The notes beneath the pieces are model-generated. The model was not told where the DNA came from. It did no database searches and saw only the letters and a program-made list of their open reading frames with translations. A stretch of 64,000 nt of DNA from an uncultured Actinomycetes bacterium (lineage in GTDB: Bacteria > Actinomycetota > Thermoleophilia > UBA2241): NCBI GenBank assembly GCA_963767005.1, contig CAVYCN010000007.1, forward strand, positions 91,121-155,120, in the 5' to 3' direction. Positions 53,195-63,036 of the stretch are shown here, piece after piece (the stretch's first letter is position 1; the number at the start of each line of letters is the position of its first letter). A program made the translations under genes and the position numbers.

Positions 53195-53244
53195 GGCTTC
53201 GTCGGCGCCGCTCAGGCTTGCGCGGCTTCGCTGCGCGCCTAGTC
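53195..53244 (+). repeat. Divergent copy of the structured repeat with compensatory changes
   Basis: GGCTTCGTCGGCGCCGCTCAGGCTTGCGCGGCTTCGCTGCGCGCCTAGTC. Confidence 0.8.
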
Positions 53245-53307
53245 CGGCGAAGCGCCGCCAGGGCTCCGCTTCCCGACGACCGTTACCGCTCCGGTATGAT
53301 TCCCGTC

Positions 53308-54234
53308 ATGGGAGAATCACCGCCCTTTGCCGGCATCGCGAGCTTCTTCAAGGCGCCCTACGTGGCCGACCCGCACGCAAGCGACGCCGACGTCGCGGTC
53401 GTCGGCATCCCCTACGACGAGGCCACGACGGCGCGGCCCGGCGCGCGCTACGGGCCGCGCGCCATGCGCGACGCCTCGACCAACTGGGCCTACCGCGACG
53501 GCGCCACGCCGTTCTACGACGGCGAAGCCGGCGCCTCGCTGCTCGGCGGCGTGCGCTTCGTCGACGCGGGCGACGTCGACCTGCCGCCCACGTCGCCACC
53601 CGAACGTAGCCATCCACTGATCGCCGCGCGCATCCGGCGCATGCTCGACCACGACCTGTTCCCCGTGGTCCTCGGCGGCGACCACTCCATCACCTACCCC
53701 GTGCTCACCGCCTTCGGCTCGCGGCCGCTGCACCTCGTGCAATTCGACACCCACATGGACTACTGGAACGACGAGGGCGGCATGCTCTTCACCCACGCCA
53801 GCCCGATCGTGCGCTCCCACGAGAGCGGCGTCGTGCAGCGCGTCACGCAGTACGGCATCCGCGGCCTGCACACCGAGTCCGACCAGATCGAGCTCGCCCG
53901 CGAGCGCGGGGTGACCACGTTCTGGTGCGAGCAGGCCAAGCGCACGCCCGTCGAGGAGCTCGTCGCCCACATCGAGCCCGGCGAGGACGTCTACATCACC
54001 TTCGACATCGACGCCCTCGACCCCGGCATCGCGCCCGGCACCGGCACGCCCGAGCCCGGCGGCTTCACCTACTACGAAGCCAAGGCGCTGGTGCGCGCCG
54101 TCGCCGGGCGGGCGCACGTGATCGGCATGGACATGGTCGAGGTCAACCCGTTGTACGACCCCATGGAGATCACGGCTCTGCACGCGGTCCGCCTGATCTT
54201 CGACACCGTCGGCGCCGCCTTCAGCCAGCGGTAG
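53308..54234 (+). CDS. Agmatinase / ureohydrolase family protein
   Basis: RPGARYGP, GGDHSIT, FDTHMD, TFDIDALDP..APGTGTPEPGG, VEVNP; leaderless-type TATGAT 7 nt upstream. Confidence 0.9.
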   Translation: MGESPPFAGIASFFKAPYVADPHASDADVAVVGIPYDEATTARPGARYGPRAMRDASTNWAYRDGATPFYDGEAGASLLGGVRFVDAGDVDLPPTSPPERSHPLIAARIRRMLDHDLFPVVLGGDHSITYPVLTAFGSRPLHLVQFDTHMDYWNDEGGMLFTHASPIVRSHESGVVQRVTQYGIRGLHTESDQIELARERGVTTFWCEQAKRTPVEELVAHIEPGEDVYITFDIDALDPGIAPGTGTPEPGGFTYYEAKALVRAVAGRAHVIGMDMVEVNPLYDPMEITALHAVRLIFDTVGAAFSQR

Positions 54235-54291
54235 GGCGGCAGGTCCGACCGCGCCCGACCCGGCCGGCAGTGTCCGGCCGGCGCCCCGACT

Positions 54292-55176
54292 CTAGCCGCG
54301 CAACGCCCCCACGAGCGCGCTGACGAAGGCTGGCGTGGTGCCGCAGCAACCACCCACGATGCTCGCCCCCGCCGCGACGATCGCCGGCGCGAGCGCAGCG
54401 AAGCGCTCGGGCGTCTCTTCGTAGACCGTGGTCTCGCCGTCGAGGCGCGGCTGACCGGCGTTCGGCTGCGCGATCAGCGGTGCGTCGGTCGCGGCACGAA
54501 ACTCGGCGATCAGGGCCGGCATGGCGTCGGCCGTGATCTCACAGTTGGCGCCGACCACGTCGGCGCCGCACTCGAGCAGGGCGGCCGCCGCCTGCGCCGG
54601 AGTGACCCCCATCATCGTGCGATAGCCGCGCGGCGACGGCTTGAAGGCGAGCGAGCAGAACACCGGTCGTGAGCCGGCCGCCTCGCGCGCCGCGAGCACG
54701 GCCGCGCGTGCCTCCTCGATGTCGAAGAACGTCGTCATGGCGATCAGGTCGACGCCGCCGGCGACGAGCGCCCCGGCCTGCTCGGCAAAGACGTCGCGCA
54801 ATTCGCCGGGATCGGCGTCGCCCAGGGGCGGCAGCAGGCGTCCCGAGGGTCCGATGTCGCCCGCGACGAGCTTGTCCGCAGCCACCTCGTCGCGCACGGC
54901 GCAGGCCAGGCGGGCGCCGGCGGTGTTGAGCTCGACGACGCGGTCGGCGGCGCCGTAGGCCGCCAGCTTGGCGCGACTGCCGCCGAAGCTGTTGGTCTCG
55001 ATGAAGTCGGCGCCGGCCTCGAGATAGGCGCGATGGATCGCCGCCACCTTGTCGGGCGCGCTGACGTTCCAGGTCTCGGGCGCCTCGACCGGCCGGTACC
55101 CGGCTGAGATCAGCATGCTGCCCATGGCGCCGTCGAACACGAGAGTGCGGGTGCGAAGCTCGCTGAGCGGGTCCAC
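54292..55176 (-). CDS. Stand-alone homocysteine S-methyltransferase domain protein (MetH N-terminal module)
   Basis: FDGAMGS, HRAYLEAGAD, TNSFG, GDIGPSG, GANC, QPNAG, GGCCGT; AAGGAGG SD before GTG. Confidence 0.9.
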   Translation of the reverse strand: MDPLSELRTRTLVFDGAMGSMLISAGYRPVEAPETWNVSAPDKVAAIHRAYLEAGADFIETNSFGGSRAKLAAYGAADRVVELNTAGARLACAVRDEVAADKLVAGDIGPSGRLLPPLGDADPGELRDVFAEQAGALVAGGVDLIAMTTFFDIEEARAAVLAAREAAGSRPVFCSLAFKPSPRGYRTMMGVTPAQAAAALLECGADVVGANCEITADAMPALIAEFRAATDAPLIAQPNAGQPRLDGETTVYEETPERFAALAPAIVAAGASIVGGCCGTTPAFVSALVGALRG

Positions 55177-55224
55177 GTCGCCTCCTTCTGGGTCGGTCGT
55201 CGCCTGGGCTCTCATGCGTCGAGC

Positions 55225-55277
55225 GACTACGTCGCCGCCGCTCAGGCAGGCGTGACTGGGTTGCGCGCCTCGTAGTC
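55225..55277 (+). repeat. Copy of the structured repeat with 7-bp terminal complementarity
   Basis: GACTACGTCGCCGCCGCTCAGGCAGGCGTGACTGGGTTGCGCGCCTCGTAGTC. Confidence 0.85.
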
Positions 55278-55347
55278 TACCGCGCTCGGCGATCGCGCCG
55301 CGAGGACGTGGGCAGGCAGCGGCCGGGCGCGGGGCGGACGCGGCCCG

Positions 55348-56178
55348 TCACTCGCCGGCGAAGACCTCGTCGACCAGGCGTTTCGCGTCGGCGCGCCGCA
55401 AGCCCAGGCAGACCGTCAGGGCCGAGACGGCGTCGCGGCGCGTCAGCCCGGCGGCGCGCAGCGCCGTCGCGGCGCGAGCCGCCCGCTCGTCGCCGGCGTC
55501 GTCGTCGCGAACCGGCGCTCCGGTGTCGACCACCAGGGTGATCTCGCCTTTGACGTCGCCGGCGAAGCGTCCGGCCAGGTCGGCGAGTGTGCCGCGCGCG
55601 ACCTCCTCGTGGAGCTTGGTGAGCTCGCGGCAGACCGCCGCCGGCGCGGCGGGGGCGAGCTCCGCCAGGCCACCCAGAACCCGCGCCAGGCGCGGCCCGG
55701 TCTCGAAGGCGACGACGAGGCCACCGCAGCGCCGCCAGGCCGACCAGGCGGTGCGCAGATCGGCGTTGCGACGCGGCAGGTAGCCGACGAAGCGAAAGCC
55801 GCCCTCGGCGTCGAGCCCCGACGCCACGACGGCGGTGGCCGGCGCCGAGGCGCCCGGCAGGACGGTGAGCGGCAAGCCCTCGGTCGCGGCGGCCGCTACC
55901 AGGCGGGCGCCGGGGTCGGAGATGCCGGGCAGGCCGGCGTCGGACACGAGCGCCACGTCGGCGCCGGCGCGCAGCCGGCCGAGCACGAACGCGGACTTCT
56001 CGGCCTCGTTGTGCTCGAACAGGCTCGTGGTGGGCGTGTGGATGCCGTAGCGCGACAGCAGCTTGCGCGTCCGGCGCGTATCCTCGGCCGCGACGAGCTC
56101 GACGGCGCGCAGGGCGTCGAGCACCCGCGGGGTGACGTCGTCGAGGTTGCCGATGGGTGTGGCGCACACGTACAGCAC
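55348..56178 (-). CDS. rsmI: 16S rRNA C1402 2'-O-methyltransferase
   Basis: LYVCATPIGNLDD, AEDTRRT, VSDAGLPGISDPG, RELTKLHEE, KGEITLV. Confidence 0.95.
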   Translation of the reverse strand: MLYVCATPIGNLDDVTPRVLDALRAVELVAAEDTRRTRKLLSRYGIHTPTTSLFEHNEAEKSAFVLGRLRAGADVALVSDAGLPGISDPGARLVAAAATEGLPLTVLPGASAPATAVVASGLDAEGGFRFVGYLPRRNADLRTAWSAWRRCGGLVVAFETGPRLARVLGGLAELAPAAPAAVCRELTKLHEEVARGTLADLAGRFAGDVKGEITLVVDTGAPVRDDDAGDERAARAATALRAAGLTRRDAVSALTVCLGLRRADAKRLVDEVFAGE

Positions 56179-56455
56179 GCCGGCATTCTCTCACACGAGA
56201 AGCGGGACCCACGGCCGGCGACACGTGTTCGGGAGGGCGAATGCCGCGCCGCTGCGGTCGCCGCCCCTCCCGGGGGGTCGCGGGCCGTGAGTCCCGTCAC
56301 TTCAGGTATCGGCGGCCCGCCCCGCCGACTACACCATTGTGTCCAGCGGTGGCGACGAGTTGTGGCGCCCGCGGCTCCGCACGCCGGCGCGCAGAGAGGC
56401 GGACACGCAGCGAGACCGCGGACCGGCGCCGCCGGTGAGCGGGCCCGACACGCGT

Positions 56456-56492
56456 GAGGGCGGGGCGTGCACGTGGTGCACGCCCCGCCCTC
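56456..56492. terminator. 17-bp hairpin downstream of the ferredoxin gene
   Basis: GAGGGCGGGGCGTGCAC-GTG-GTGCACGCCCCGCCCTC. Confidence 0.55.
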
Positions 56493-56579
56493 TTCGACGC
56501 TGTCGGACGACGGTCGCGAAGCCGCTCGAGTCGCCGGGGAGCCCGGCCGGCCTCGCGCCGGATCAGGCTCGGATGCGCG

Positions 56580-56759
<180 letters not shown>

Positions 56760-56927
56760 TCACCTCCTGTCGAGCGACGCCCTTCGGGCGACCGCCCACG
56801 ATGGACACTCCGTTCAAAGGATACCGACCGGCGAAAGTCAAGGCAACGCGCTTTACGAACGGTCCGGCCGCCGCGCCTCGGCGGCAGCGTGCCCGGCCCG
56901 TGCCGCCCGACCGGTGCCGGTCGCCGA

Positions 56928-57920
56928 TCAGGCCGGCTTCTCGCCGCCGCCGGACGTCTCGTCGGCGAACAGCTCGACGATCACCAGGGCCGCCGCCCCG
57001 AGCAGGCCGGCCTCGGGGCCGTGCTGGGCCGGCGCGATGCGCACCTCGTCGCGCTGCGGCTGCAGGGCGTGGGCGGCCACGACCCGGCGAGCCGCTGCGA
57101 GCAGGATCTCGGCCGCCTGCGCGGCCCCGCCGCCGACCACGACGAGCTGCGGGTTGAAGATGTTCACGATGTTGGCGATGCCCACGCCCAGCTTTTCGCC
57201 GATCCCGCCGAGGACCTCGACGGCGACCGGGTCGCCGGCCAGCGCGAGCCGGCTGAGCAGCGGACCGCCGACCTCCTCGCCCGCCGCGAGCGCCCGGCCG
57301 AGGGCGGACTCAGGTCGGGCCTGCGCCGTCTCGCGCGCGGCGCGACCCATCGCCCTGCCCGAGGCGTAGACCTCGAAGCAGCCGAAGCTCGGGCAGGCTC
57401 CCTGACAGCGGGGCCCATCGAACTCGATCACCATGTGGCCGAGCTCGCCGGCCGCGCCGCTCGTGCCCCGGTAGAGGCGGCCGCCCGTGATGATGCCGCC
57501 GCCGATGCCGGTGCCCAGGGTGAGCAGGACCATCTCGCTCACGCCGCGGCCAGCGCCGTAGCGGTGCTCGGCCAGGCAGGCCACGTTGGCGTCGTTGTCG
57601 ACCGCCACCGGCACGCCGTACCGCGCGGCGAGCAGGTCGCGCAGGGGCACGTCGCGAAGCGGGAGGTTGGTCGACAGCACGACGCGGCCGGCGCGAAAGT
57701 CGACCATTGAGGCGGTGCCCACGCCGATGGCGTCGATCGGCCCGTACGTCGCGAGCGCCTCGTCGAGGCGCCGGTACAGGTCGGCGAGGCAGGCCTCGGT
57801 CGACGTGGTCACGGCCGGACGCACGGTGCGGTCGCGGATCCCGAGCGTGTCGTCGATCAGACCGACGGACAGCTTGGTGCCGCCCAGATCGACGCCCACG
57901 ATGGATCGCGCCTGCCTCAA
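56928..57920 (-). CDS. ROK-family glucokinase
   Basis: GVDLGGTK, DNDAN, TLGTGIGGG, GELGH, C..AC...GCFE..ASG. Confidence 0.9.
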   Translation of the reverse strand: MRQARSIVGVDLGGTKLSVGLIDDTLGIRDRTVRPAVTTSTEACLADLYRRLDEALATYGPIDAIGVGTASMVDFRAGRVVLSTNLPLRDVPLRDLLAARYGVPVAVDNDANVACLAEHRYGAGRGVSEMVLLTLGTGIGGGIITGGRLYRGTSGAAGELGHMVIEFDGPRCQGACPSFGCFEVYASGRAMGRAARETAQARPESALGRALAAGEEVGGPLLSRLALAGDPVAVEVLGGIGEKLGVGIANIVNIFNPQLVVVGGGAAQAAEILLAAARRVVAAHALQPQRDEVRIAPAQHGPEAGLLGAAALVIVELFADETSGGGEKPA

Positions 57921-58131
57921 GCTCCGCTCCCTCTCCCGACCGGCTCGTGCGCCCCGTCACGCGCGACCGCGCGTGGGCCCGCCGACGCACGACGGACGGC
58001 ACCGACCCACGATACCACGGTGTACACTGGGGTCCTCAAGAGAAGGAACTCCCCGTGGCGAGGCGTACTTACCCTCACCGGACGCCACGCACGTCGCCAC
58101 CGGCGACCGGCCCCGCGCGAGCGGGCGTCGC

Positions 58132-59325
58132 ATGAGCCAGACAGACGACAAGCCCTACACCAGGTATCACAGCAGCCGTGTGCGCCGCGCGCGGCCCGAG
58201 CCGCTCGACGACGAGCCGCGCGGCGCCGCGCCCGGCGCCGCGCCCGGGGGCCGCGAGCGCCGCTCCGACGCCCCTGTGGTCTATCGCGCCGAACGGCGCG
58301 GCCAGCCGGCCGTAGCCCGGCGGCCCGACCGGCGCGCCGAGCCCGACCCGGTCTCGCGCTCCGAGCGGCGCCTCCGCGGCGAGCGGCCCGACCTCGCGCT
58401 TGTGCCGCAGTCGGCACGCAAGCGCAAGCTGTTCCACTGGTGGTACCTGCTCGCCATCCCGCTCGTCCTGGCGATCGCCTTCGGCGTGTGGGCCTATCTC
58501 GGCTACTCCGTGTTCAACAAGGCCGTGCACCGCAGCAACCGCGACGTCGGCAGCAACGTCCATCGCGCGCTCGTCGACCCGACGGCCGGCGTGCTGGGCA
58601 AGTCGACCACGATCCTCGTGCTGGGGTCCGACCAGCGCGGCCACCAGCCGGCGCGCTCCGACACCATCATGCTCATGCGCTTCAACCCGGCCACCCACAG
58701 CCTGAGCGAGCTCTCGATCCCGCGCGACACGCTGGTGACGGTGCCCGGCCACGGTCAGACCAAGATCAACGAGGCGTACTTCTGGGGCGGTGCGCCCCTC
58801 GCCATCAAGGTGGTGCGCTCCTACACCGGCGTGCCCATCAACCACGTCATGATGGTCAACTTCCACGGCTTCCCAAAGCTCATCGACAGCGTCGGGGGTG
58901 TGGTCGTCGATGTGCCTCACGACATCACGTCGTGGTACTCGGGCAACCGCACCGTGCACTTCAAGAAGGGCCCCCAGCTCATGATGGGCCAGCAGGCGCT
59001 GATCTACGCGCGCCTGCGTCACGTCGACAACGACTTCATGCGCATGGGTCGTCAGCAGCAGGTCGTCCAGGCTCTCGAGACCAAGATGACGCGGCCGCGC
59101 AACTCCTGGGACCTGCCCTGGACCGGCGCACGCTTCATGCGGGGCGTCACGACCGACCTGCGCACCAACCAGATCCTCGGGCTCGCCTACCTCGACTGGC
59201 GCGCCAAGGGGCACCAGTTCAAGTCGGTCGTGGTCGGCACGCCGCAGATGGTCGGCGGCGTCGACTACGTGATCGTCAGCCAGTCCGTGCTGCGCCGCGA
59301 CGTCGCCGCCTTCCTGAGTCACTAG
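58132..59325 (+). CDS. LytR-CpsA-Psr (LCP) family phosphotransferase
   Basis: TM, ILVLGSD, RSDTIML, SIPRDT, KINEAY, ARLRH..NDF.R..RQQ. Confidence 0.92.
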   Translation: MSQTDDKPYTRYHSSRVRRARPEPLDDEPRGAAPGAAPGGRERRSDAPVVYRAERRGQPAVARRPDRRAEPDPVSRSERRLRGERPDLALVPQSARKRKLFHWWYLLAIPLVLAIAFGVWAYLGYSVFNKAVHRSNRDVGSNVHRALVDPTAGVLGKSTTILVLGSDQRGHQPARSDTIMLMRFNPATHSLSELSIPRDTLVTVPGHGQTKINEAYFWGGAPLAIKVVRSYTGVPINHVMMVNFHGFPKLIDSVGGVVVDVPHDITSWYSGNRTVHFKKGPQLMMGQQALIYARLRHVDNDFMRMGRQQQVVQALETKMTRPRNSWDLPWTGARFMRGVTTDLRTNQILGLAYLDWRAKGHQFKSVVVGTPQMVGGVDYVIVSQSVLRRDVAAFLSH

Positions 59326-59341
59326 CTCAGCGGCGACGCCC

Positions 59342-60124
59342 TCAGTCGCTCGCCGGCGCGCTCGGTCCGTCGTCGGCGTAGTCGACGCGCACGAGCGCCA
59401 GACCGCGCGCCGGGGCCGTCTGGCCCAGCGCCGCCCGCCGTCCGCCGTCGAGACCGTCTGCCAGAGCAGCCAGACTCATGCGACCCTGGGCGACGTCGAC
59501 CATCGAGCCCACCGCGACTCGCACCATGTTGTGCAGGAAGCTGCCGGCGGTGATCTCGAACCACACCTCGTGACCGTCGGCGGCCGGGCGCCAGACCGCC
59601 TGCTTCACCTCACGCTCGCAGGTGCGGTAGAAGCGCGCCGACGGCGTGAGCGCGGCGAAGTCGCGGCGGCCGGGCAGCAGCGCGGCGGCCGCGTCGAGCA
59701 GGCCGAGGTCGACGGCGCCCCGCACGTCCCAGACCCAGGCTCGCTCGAAGACCGGCCGCCAGGCGGGCAGCCAGAGGCGATAGCGGTAGGTGCGGGCGGC
59801 GGCGGCGCGGGCATCGAAGCCCGCCGCCGCCGGTGCGACGGCCGTCACCGAGATCTCGGGCGGCAGCAGGGCGGAGAGCGCGAGGCGCAGGCGGCGCGGC
59901 TCGACCGCGGCGACCGTGGCAAACGCCGCGACCTGGGCGAGGGCGTGCACACCGGCGTCGGTGCGGCCGGCCACGCTCAGACGCACGGACGCACCCAGCA
60001 CGGTGGCGAGGGCGGCCTCGAGCTCGCCCTCGACGGTGCGGCGCTCGGGCTGGCGGGCCCAGCCGGCGAAAGGCGTGCCGTCGTAGGCGAGCTCGAGACG
60101 CCACCAGGTGAGCGGGCCGGCCAC
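59342..60124 (-). CDS. truA: tRNA pseudouridine(38-40) synthase
   Basis: AYDGT.FAGW, AGRTDAGVHA, FDAR, SFLHNMVR, TAPARGL. Confidence 0.95.
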   Translation of the reverse strand: MAGPLTWWRLELAYDGTPFAGWARQPERRTVEGELEAALATVLGASVRLSVAGRTDAGVHALAQVAAFATVAAVEPRRLRLALSALLPPEISVTAVAPAAAGFDARAAAARTYRYRLWLPAWRPVFERAWVWDVRGAVDLGLLDAAAALLPGRRDFAALTPSARFYRTCEREVKQAVWRPAADGHEVWFEITAGSFLHNMVRVAVGSMVDVAQGRMSLAALADGLDGGRRAALGQTAPARGLALVRVDYADDGPSAPASD

Positions 60125-60125
60125 C

Positions 60126-60908
60126 TCAGACCACCTCGGCCAGCACCACGACGGCGGCGATGAGGCCGAGCAGCACGGCGTCGGTCCAGCGCGCGCGCAA
60201 GGGGTGCAACCGGGTGCGCGGCGCGCCCGGCTGGTAGCAGCGCGCCTCCATGGCCAGGGCGAGCTCGTCGGCGCGGCGGAAGCTCAGGATGAACAGCGGC
60301 ACGAGCACCGGCACGAGGGCACGCGCGCGGCGCACCGGACCGCCACGATCGTAGCGTGCCCCCCGGGCGCGCTGCGCCTTCATGATCGTGTCGATCTCCT
60401 GGAGCAGCGTGGGGATGAAGCGCAGGGCGATCGTCACCATCAGGGCGAGCTCCTCGGTCGGCACGCGCAGGCGCCGCAGCGGGCGACCCAGCCAGGCGAG
60501 CGCGTCGGTGAGGGCGATGGGCGGCGTCGTGAGCGTCAGCAGCAGGCTGGCGACGATCAGCACCACGAGCCGCAGGCAGAGGTAGCCGGCGACCGCGAGG
60601 CCGTGCGCCGAGAGGTGCAGCGGTCCGAGGGTGGCGAAGGCCGGCCCGGGCGCGAACAGGATCTGGACGACGAAGGTCAGGGCGAGCAGCCAGGCCACGG
60701 GACGCAGACCGCGCGCCACCCAGCCCAGCGGCACGCCGGACAGCAGCAGTCCGACCAGCGCAGCCGCGCCGTACACGGCGAGGGCCGCGAACGAGCCCCG
60801 CAGGAACAGCCCCACGACGATCGCAAGCACGGCGATCACCTTGCAGCGCGGGTCGAGCCGGTGGACCAGCGAGGAGCGCGGGTAGTACTGGGCGAGCGCC
60901 ATCCTCAT
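60126..60908 (-). CDS. ecfT: ECF transporter T component
   Basis: HRLDPRCK, IALRFIPTL, KAQRARG, AMEARCY. Confidence 0.92.
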   Translation of the reverse strand: MRMALAQYYPRSSLVHRLDPRCKVIAVLAIVVGLFLRGSFAALAVYGAAALVGLLLSGVPLGWVARGLRPVAWLLALTFVVQILFAPGPAFATLGPLHLSAHGLAVAGYLCLRLVVLIVASLLLTLTTPPIALTDALAWLGRPLRRLRVPTEELALMVTIALRFIPTLLQEIDTIMKAQRARGARYDRGGPVRRARALVPVLVPLFILSFRRADELALAMEARCYQPGAPRTRLHPLRARWTDAVLLGLIAAVVVLAEVV

Positions 60909-61768
60909 GACAGCAGCGCCTCGGCGGCGGCAGCGAGCTGTGGCGGCGCCTCGGCCGCGCGGCGGCCGAGGCGCCGCCACAGCTCGACGACGAACGGCGG
61001 CCTGAGCCGGTGATCGAGCAGCAGGTCCTCGCCGCCGGCGCCGAAGCGCCAGGGACCGGCGTCGACCACAACGCCCTCGTCGAGCACGACGCGCGACTCG
61101 CAGAGCGCATAGGCGCGGTCGACGTCGTGCGTGGCCAGCACGAGGCCCATGCCGGCACTCTTCAGGCGCACGAGCACCTGCTCGAGGTCGCGCCGCGAGG
61201 CCGGATCGAGGCTCACGAAGGGCTCGTCGAGGAGCAGCAGGGCGGGTCGCATGGCGAGGACGCCGGCCATGGCCAGGCGGCGCTGCTCGCCGCCCGAGAG
61301 CGAGTAGGGGTGACGGTCGCCGAACCGCTCGGCCGGCAGACCGACCGCCGCGAGCGCGCCTTCGACGGCGCGCTCGACCTCGTCGTCGCCCCAGCCGAGC
61401 TGGCGCGGGCCGAAGGCCACGTCGTCGTGGCAGGTGGGCGCGAAGAGCTGCATCTCGGGCATCTGGAAGACGAGCCCTACGCGCCGGGCGCGCTCGTCGA
61501 AGCCCCCCTCCCCGCCCGCGACGCCGTCGAGCAGCACCTGGCCACGGTCGGGCTTGAGCAGGCCGCGCACGAGCTGCAGCAGGGTCGACTTGCCCGAGCC
61601 GGTCGGGCCCAGCAGCGCGACGCTCGAGCCGGCTTCGAGGTCGAGGTCGACCAGACGCAGCGCCTGCACGCGGCTCGCACCTTCGTCGTACCAGAACGAC
61701 AGGCCGCGGCACTCCACACGCAGCGCGCGCGCCGGCGCAGCCGCGGGGCGATCGGGCGGCGCGCTCAC
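60905..61768 (-). CDS. ecfA2: ECF transporter ATPase A'
   Basis: GPTGSGKST, VFQMPEMQLF, LSGGEQRR, LLDEP. Confidence 0.9.
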   Translation of the reverse strand: MSAPPDRPAAAPARALRVECRGLSFWYDEGASRVQALRLVDLDLEAGSSVALLGPTGSGKSTLLQLVRGLLKPDRGQVLLDGVAGGEGGFDERARRVGLVFQMPEMQLFAPTCHDDVAFGPRQLGWGDDEVERAVEGALAAVGLPAERFGDRHPYSLSGGEQRRLAMAGVLAMRPALLLLDEPFVSLDPASRRDLEQVLVRLKSAGMGLVLATHDVDRAYALCESRVVLDEGVVVDAGPWRFGAGGEDLLLDHRLRPPFVVELWRRLGRRAAEAPPQLAAAAEALLS

Positions 61769-62592
61769 CGCGCTCTCGCCTGCAGCTCGGACACGAGCTC
61801 GTCGACGGTGAGCGGCAGGCGCGGCAGCGCGCCGCGTTCGAGCAGCGCCAGGCCGACCTCGGCCGCCGGCGGCAGGCCGAGCGACAGGGCGTACAGCAGG
61901 GAGCGGTCGGCGAACAGGTCGCGCGAGGGGCCGTCGAAGACCGTCCGGCCCTCGGCGAGCGCGACCGCGCGATCCGCCAGGAGCACCTCGTCCATCTCCT
62001 GCGTGACGAGCACGACGGTGAGGCCGCGAGCCGCTTCGGCCCGCACGGCGGCGAGCACCTCGTCGCGGCCGGCCGGATCGAGCATCGCGGTCGGCTCGTC
62101 CAGGACGAGCACGCGGCGCGGCACGGCGAGCACGCCGGCCAGGGCGGTGCGCTGGCGCTGGCCGCCCGACAGCAAATGCGGCTCGCGCAGTCGCAGACCT
62201 TCGAGGCCGAAGCGCTCGAGCATCTCGTCGACGCGGCGCGCGATCTCGAGAGAGGGCAGGGCGACGTTCTCGAGGCCGAAAGCGACATCCTCTTCGACGG
62301 TGGCCCCGACGAGCTGATTGTCGGGGTTCTGGAACAGCACGCCCACGTCGCGCCGCACCGCGAAGTGCCCGTCGTCGCTTGTCAGGTCGTGACCGCAGAC
62401 CAGGGCGGCGGTCGCGCCCGTCGCCCGGGCGAGGCCGCCGAGCAGCCGTGCGAGCGTCGACTTGCCCGAGCCGTTCGCGCCCACCACGGCCACGAACTCA
62501 CCCTCGGCGACGGTCAGATCGACGCCGCGCAGCGCTTCGTCGTCGGCCCCGCCGTAGCGGAACCGCAGGCCGGCGATCTCGATCAGGGGCAC
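61765..62592 (-). CDS. ecfA1: ECF transporter ATPase A
   Basis: GANGSGKST, FQNPDNQLVG.TVEEDVAFGLEN, LSGGQRQR, DEPTAMLDP. Confidence 0.9.
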   Translation of the reverse strand: MPLIEIAGLRFRYGGADDEALRGVDLTVAEGEFVAVVGANGSGKSTLARLLGGLARATGATAALVCGHDLTSDDGHFAVRRDVGVLFQNPDNQLVGATVEEDVAFGLENVALPSLEIARRVDEMLERFGLEGLRLREPHLLSGGQRQRTALAGVLAVPRRVLVLDEPTAMLDPAGRDEVLAAVRAEAARGLTVVLVTQEMDEVLLADRAVALAEGRTVFDGPSRDLFADRSLLYALSLGLPPAAEVGLALLERGALPRLPLTVDELVSELQARAR

Positions 62593-62616
62593 GACGTCAC
62601 CCTCCGGGCTTGGAAG

Positions 62617-62661
62617 ACGACTCGGGGCGGGGGCGCCTGCGGCGCCCCCGCCCCGAGTCGT
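62617..62661 (-). terminator. 21-bp hairpin after rplQ
   Basis: ACGACTCGGGGCGGGGGCGCC-TGC-GGCGCCCCCGCCCCGAGTCGT. Confidence 0.65.
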
Positions 62662-62685
62662 TCGCGTCGGCGGCGCTCGCGCGCG

Positions 62686-63036
62686 CTAGACCAGCTCGAG
62701 GAACACCATCTCGCATGCGTCGCCCGGGCGCGGGCCCAGCTTGACGATGCGGGTGTAACCGCCGCTGCGGTCGGCGTAGCGCGGCGCGACGTCGTTGAAG
62801 AGCTTGTAGACGATCTGCTTGTTGCGCAGCTTGGCGATCGCCTGCCGGCGGGCGGCCAGGTCGCCGCGCTTGCCGAGCGTGATGGTCTGCTCGACGAGCG
62901 ACTGCACCTCTTTGGCGCGCGCCTGGCTGCACTTGATCTTCTCGTGGGTGAGCACGGCGACCGCCAGGCCGCTGAGCAGCGACTTGCGCTGGCTCGGCGC
63001 CATGTTGAACTTGCGGCCCTGATTCTGGTGACGCAT
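62686..63036 (-). CDS. rplQ: 50S ribosomal protein bL17
   Basis: MRHQ..GRK, RAKE, R.GGYTRIVKLGPR.GD; follows rpoA. Confidence 0.97.
   Translation of the reverse strand: MRHQNQGRKFNMAPSQRKSLLSGLAVAVLTHEKIKCSQARAKEVQSLVEQTITLGKRGDLAARRQAIAKLRNKQIVYKLFNDVAPRYADRSGGYTRIVKLGPRPGDACEMVFLELV

Noticed and set aside
56218-56231. Second LexA box upstream of rsmI (GCGACACGTGTTCG)
   Set aside because: The left half-site lacks GAAC and the target gene is implausible.
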